From: Fimicolochytrium jonesii
Taxonomy: Eukaryota
Length of the DNA: 64,000 nucleotides
Direction: 5' to 3'
Assembly (NCBI RefSeq): GCF_025526975.1
Contig: NW_026515671.1
Span: 744,001 to 808,000, forward strand
A model generated the notes under the pieces. That model ran no database searches and had not been told where the DNA came from. It worked only from the letters and a program-made list of their open reading frames with translations. A program made the translations under genes and the position numbers. Within the stretch, counting starts at the first letter, position 1. Each line of letters begins with the position of its first letter. Of the stretch, positions 63,793 to 64,000 are shown piece by piece.

Positions 63793-64000
63793 CTACGCGG
63801 CGTCCTCGACCCTCCCGCCATCAGTTTCCGGCTCCCCGCTCGTTACTGTCTCCGCTTGGACCTCTCCTTCAGCTTGCGTGACTTCTGAAACCTGAACAGT
63901 AGCGGTACCAGTCTCTTCTCCACCTTCTGTTGTCTGTGCCACTATTACAGGAGCCGCCTCCAATTGGATTGCCGAACCACTGTAACCACCGGGCGCCTCT
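63793..64000 (-). CDS. Partial: acidic C-terminus of a gene running off the window end
   Basis: Open frame from the window edge: EAPGGYSG...TTEGGEETG...EPETDGGRVEDAA*. Confidence 0.5.
   Translation of the reverse strand, partial: EAPGGYSGSAIQLEAAPVIVAQTTEGGEETGTATVQVSEVTQAEGEVQAETVTSGEPETDGGRVEDAA

Overview
Gene-dense, intron-containing eukaryotic DNA with short GT-AG introns of roughly 50-130 nt. It is almost certainly from a flagellated (zoosporic, chytrid-like) fungus: ciliary genes (IFT57, CFAP57, CEP104, a beta-tubulin with the axonemal EGEF tail) sit beside typical fungal genes (ERG27, RCF2, YOX1-like homeobox, CRZ1-like C2H2, PIS1, TKL1, kinesin-1, CDC34, ORC6, ALE1, SWEET). Two accessory islands interrupt the housekeeping genes. 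The first (~14.7-20.4 kb) holds a tandem duplication, a small secreted peptide, an orphan 5-exon coiled-coil gene, an AACG-derived satellite and a SUMO-like-domain protein. The second (~44-47.7 kb) holds a ZZ-finger/DUF4246 gene and a decayed Fanzor/TnpB-like RNA-guided nuclease relic with an unusual long C-terminal tail. Other highlights are a secreted His-brace (LPMO-like) protein with a CBM19-like module, a perfect 162-bp Tc1/mariner-type MITE, an intronless bacterial-looking EEP gene, MCB/E2F-like promoter motifs, 5-nt and 11-nt micro-exons, and a decayed MCH1-like transporter. All assignments come from manual translation and recalled motifs; no database searches were run, and exon boundaries are manual estimates.
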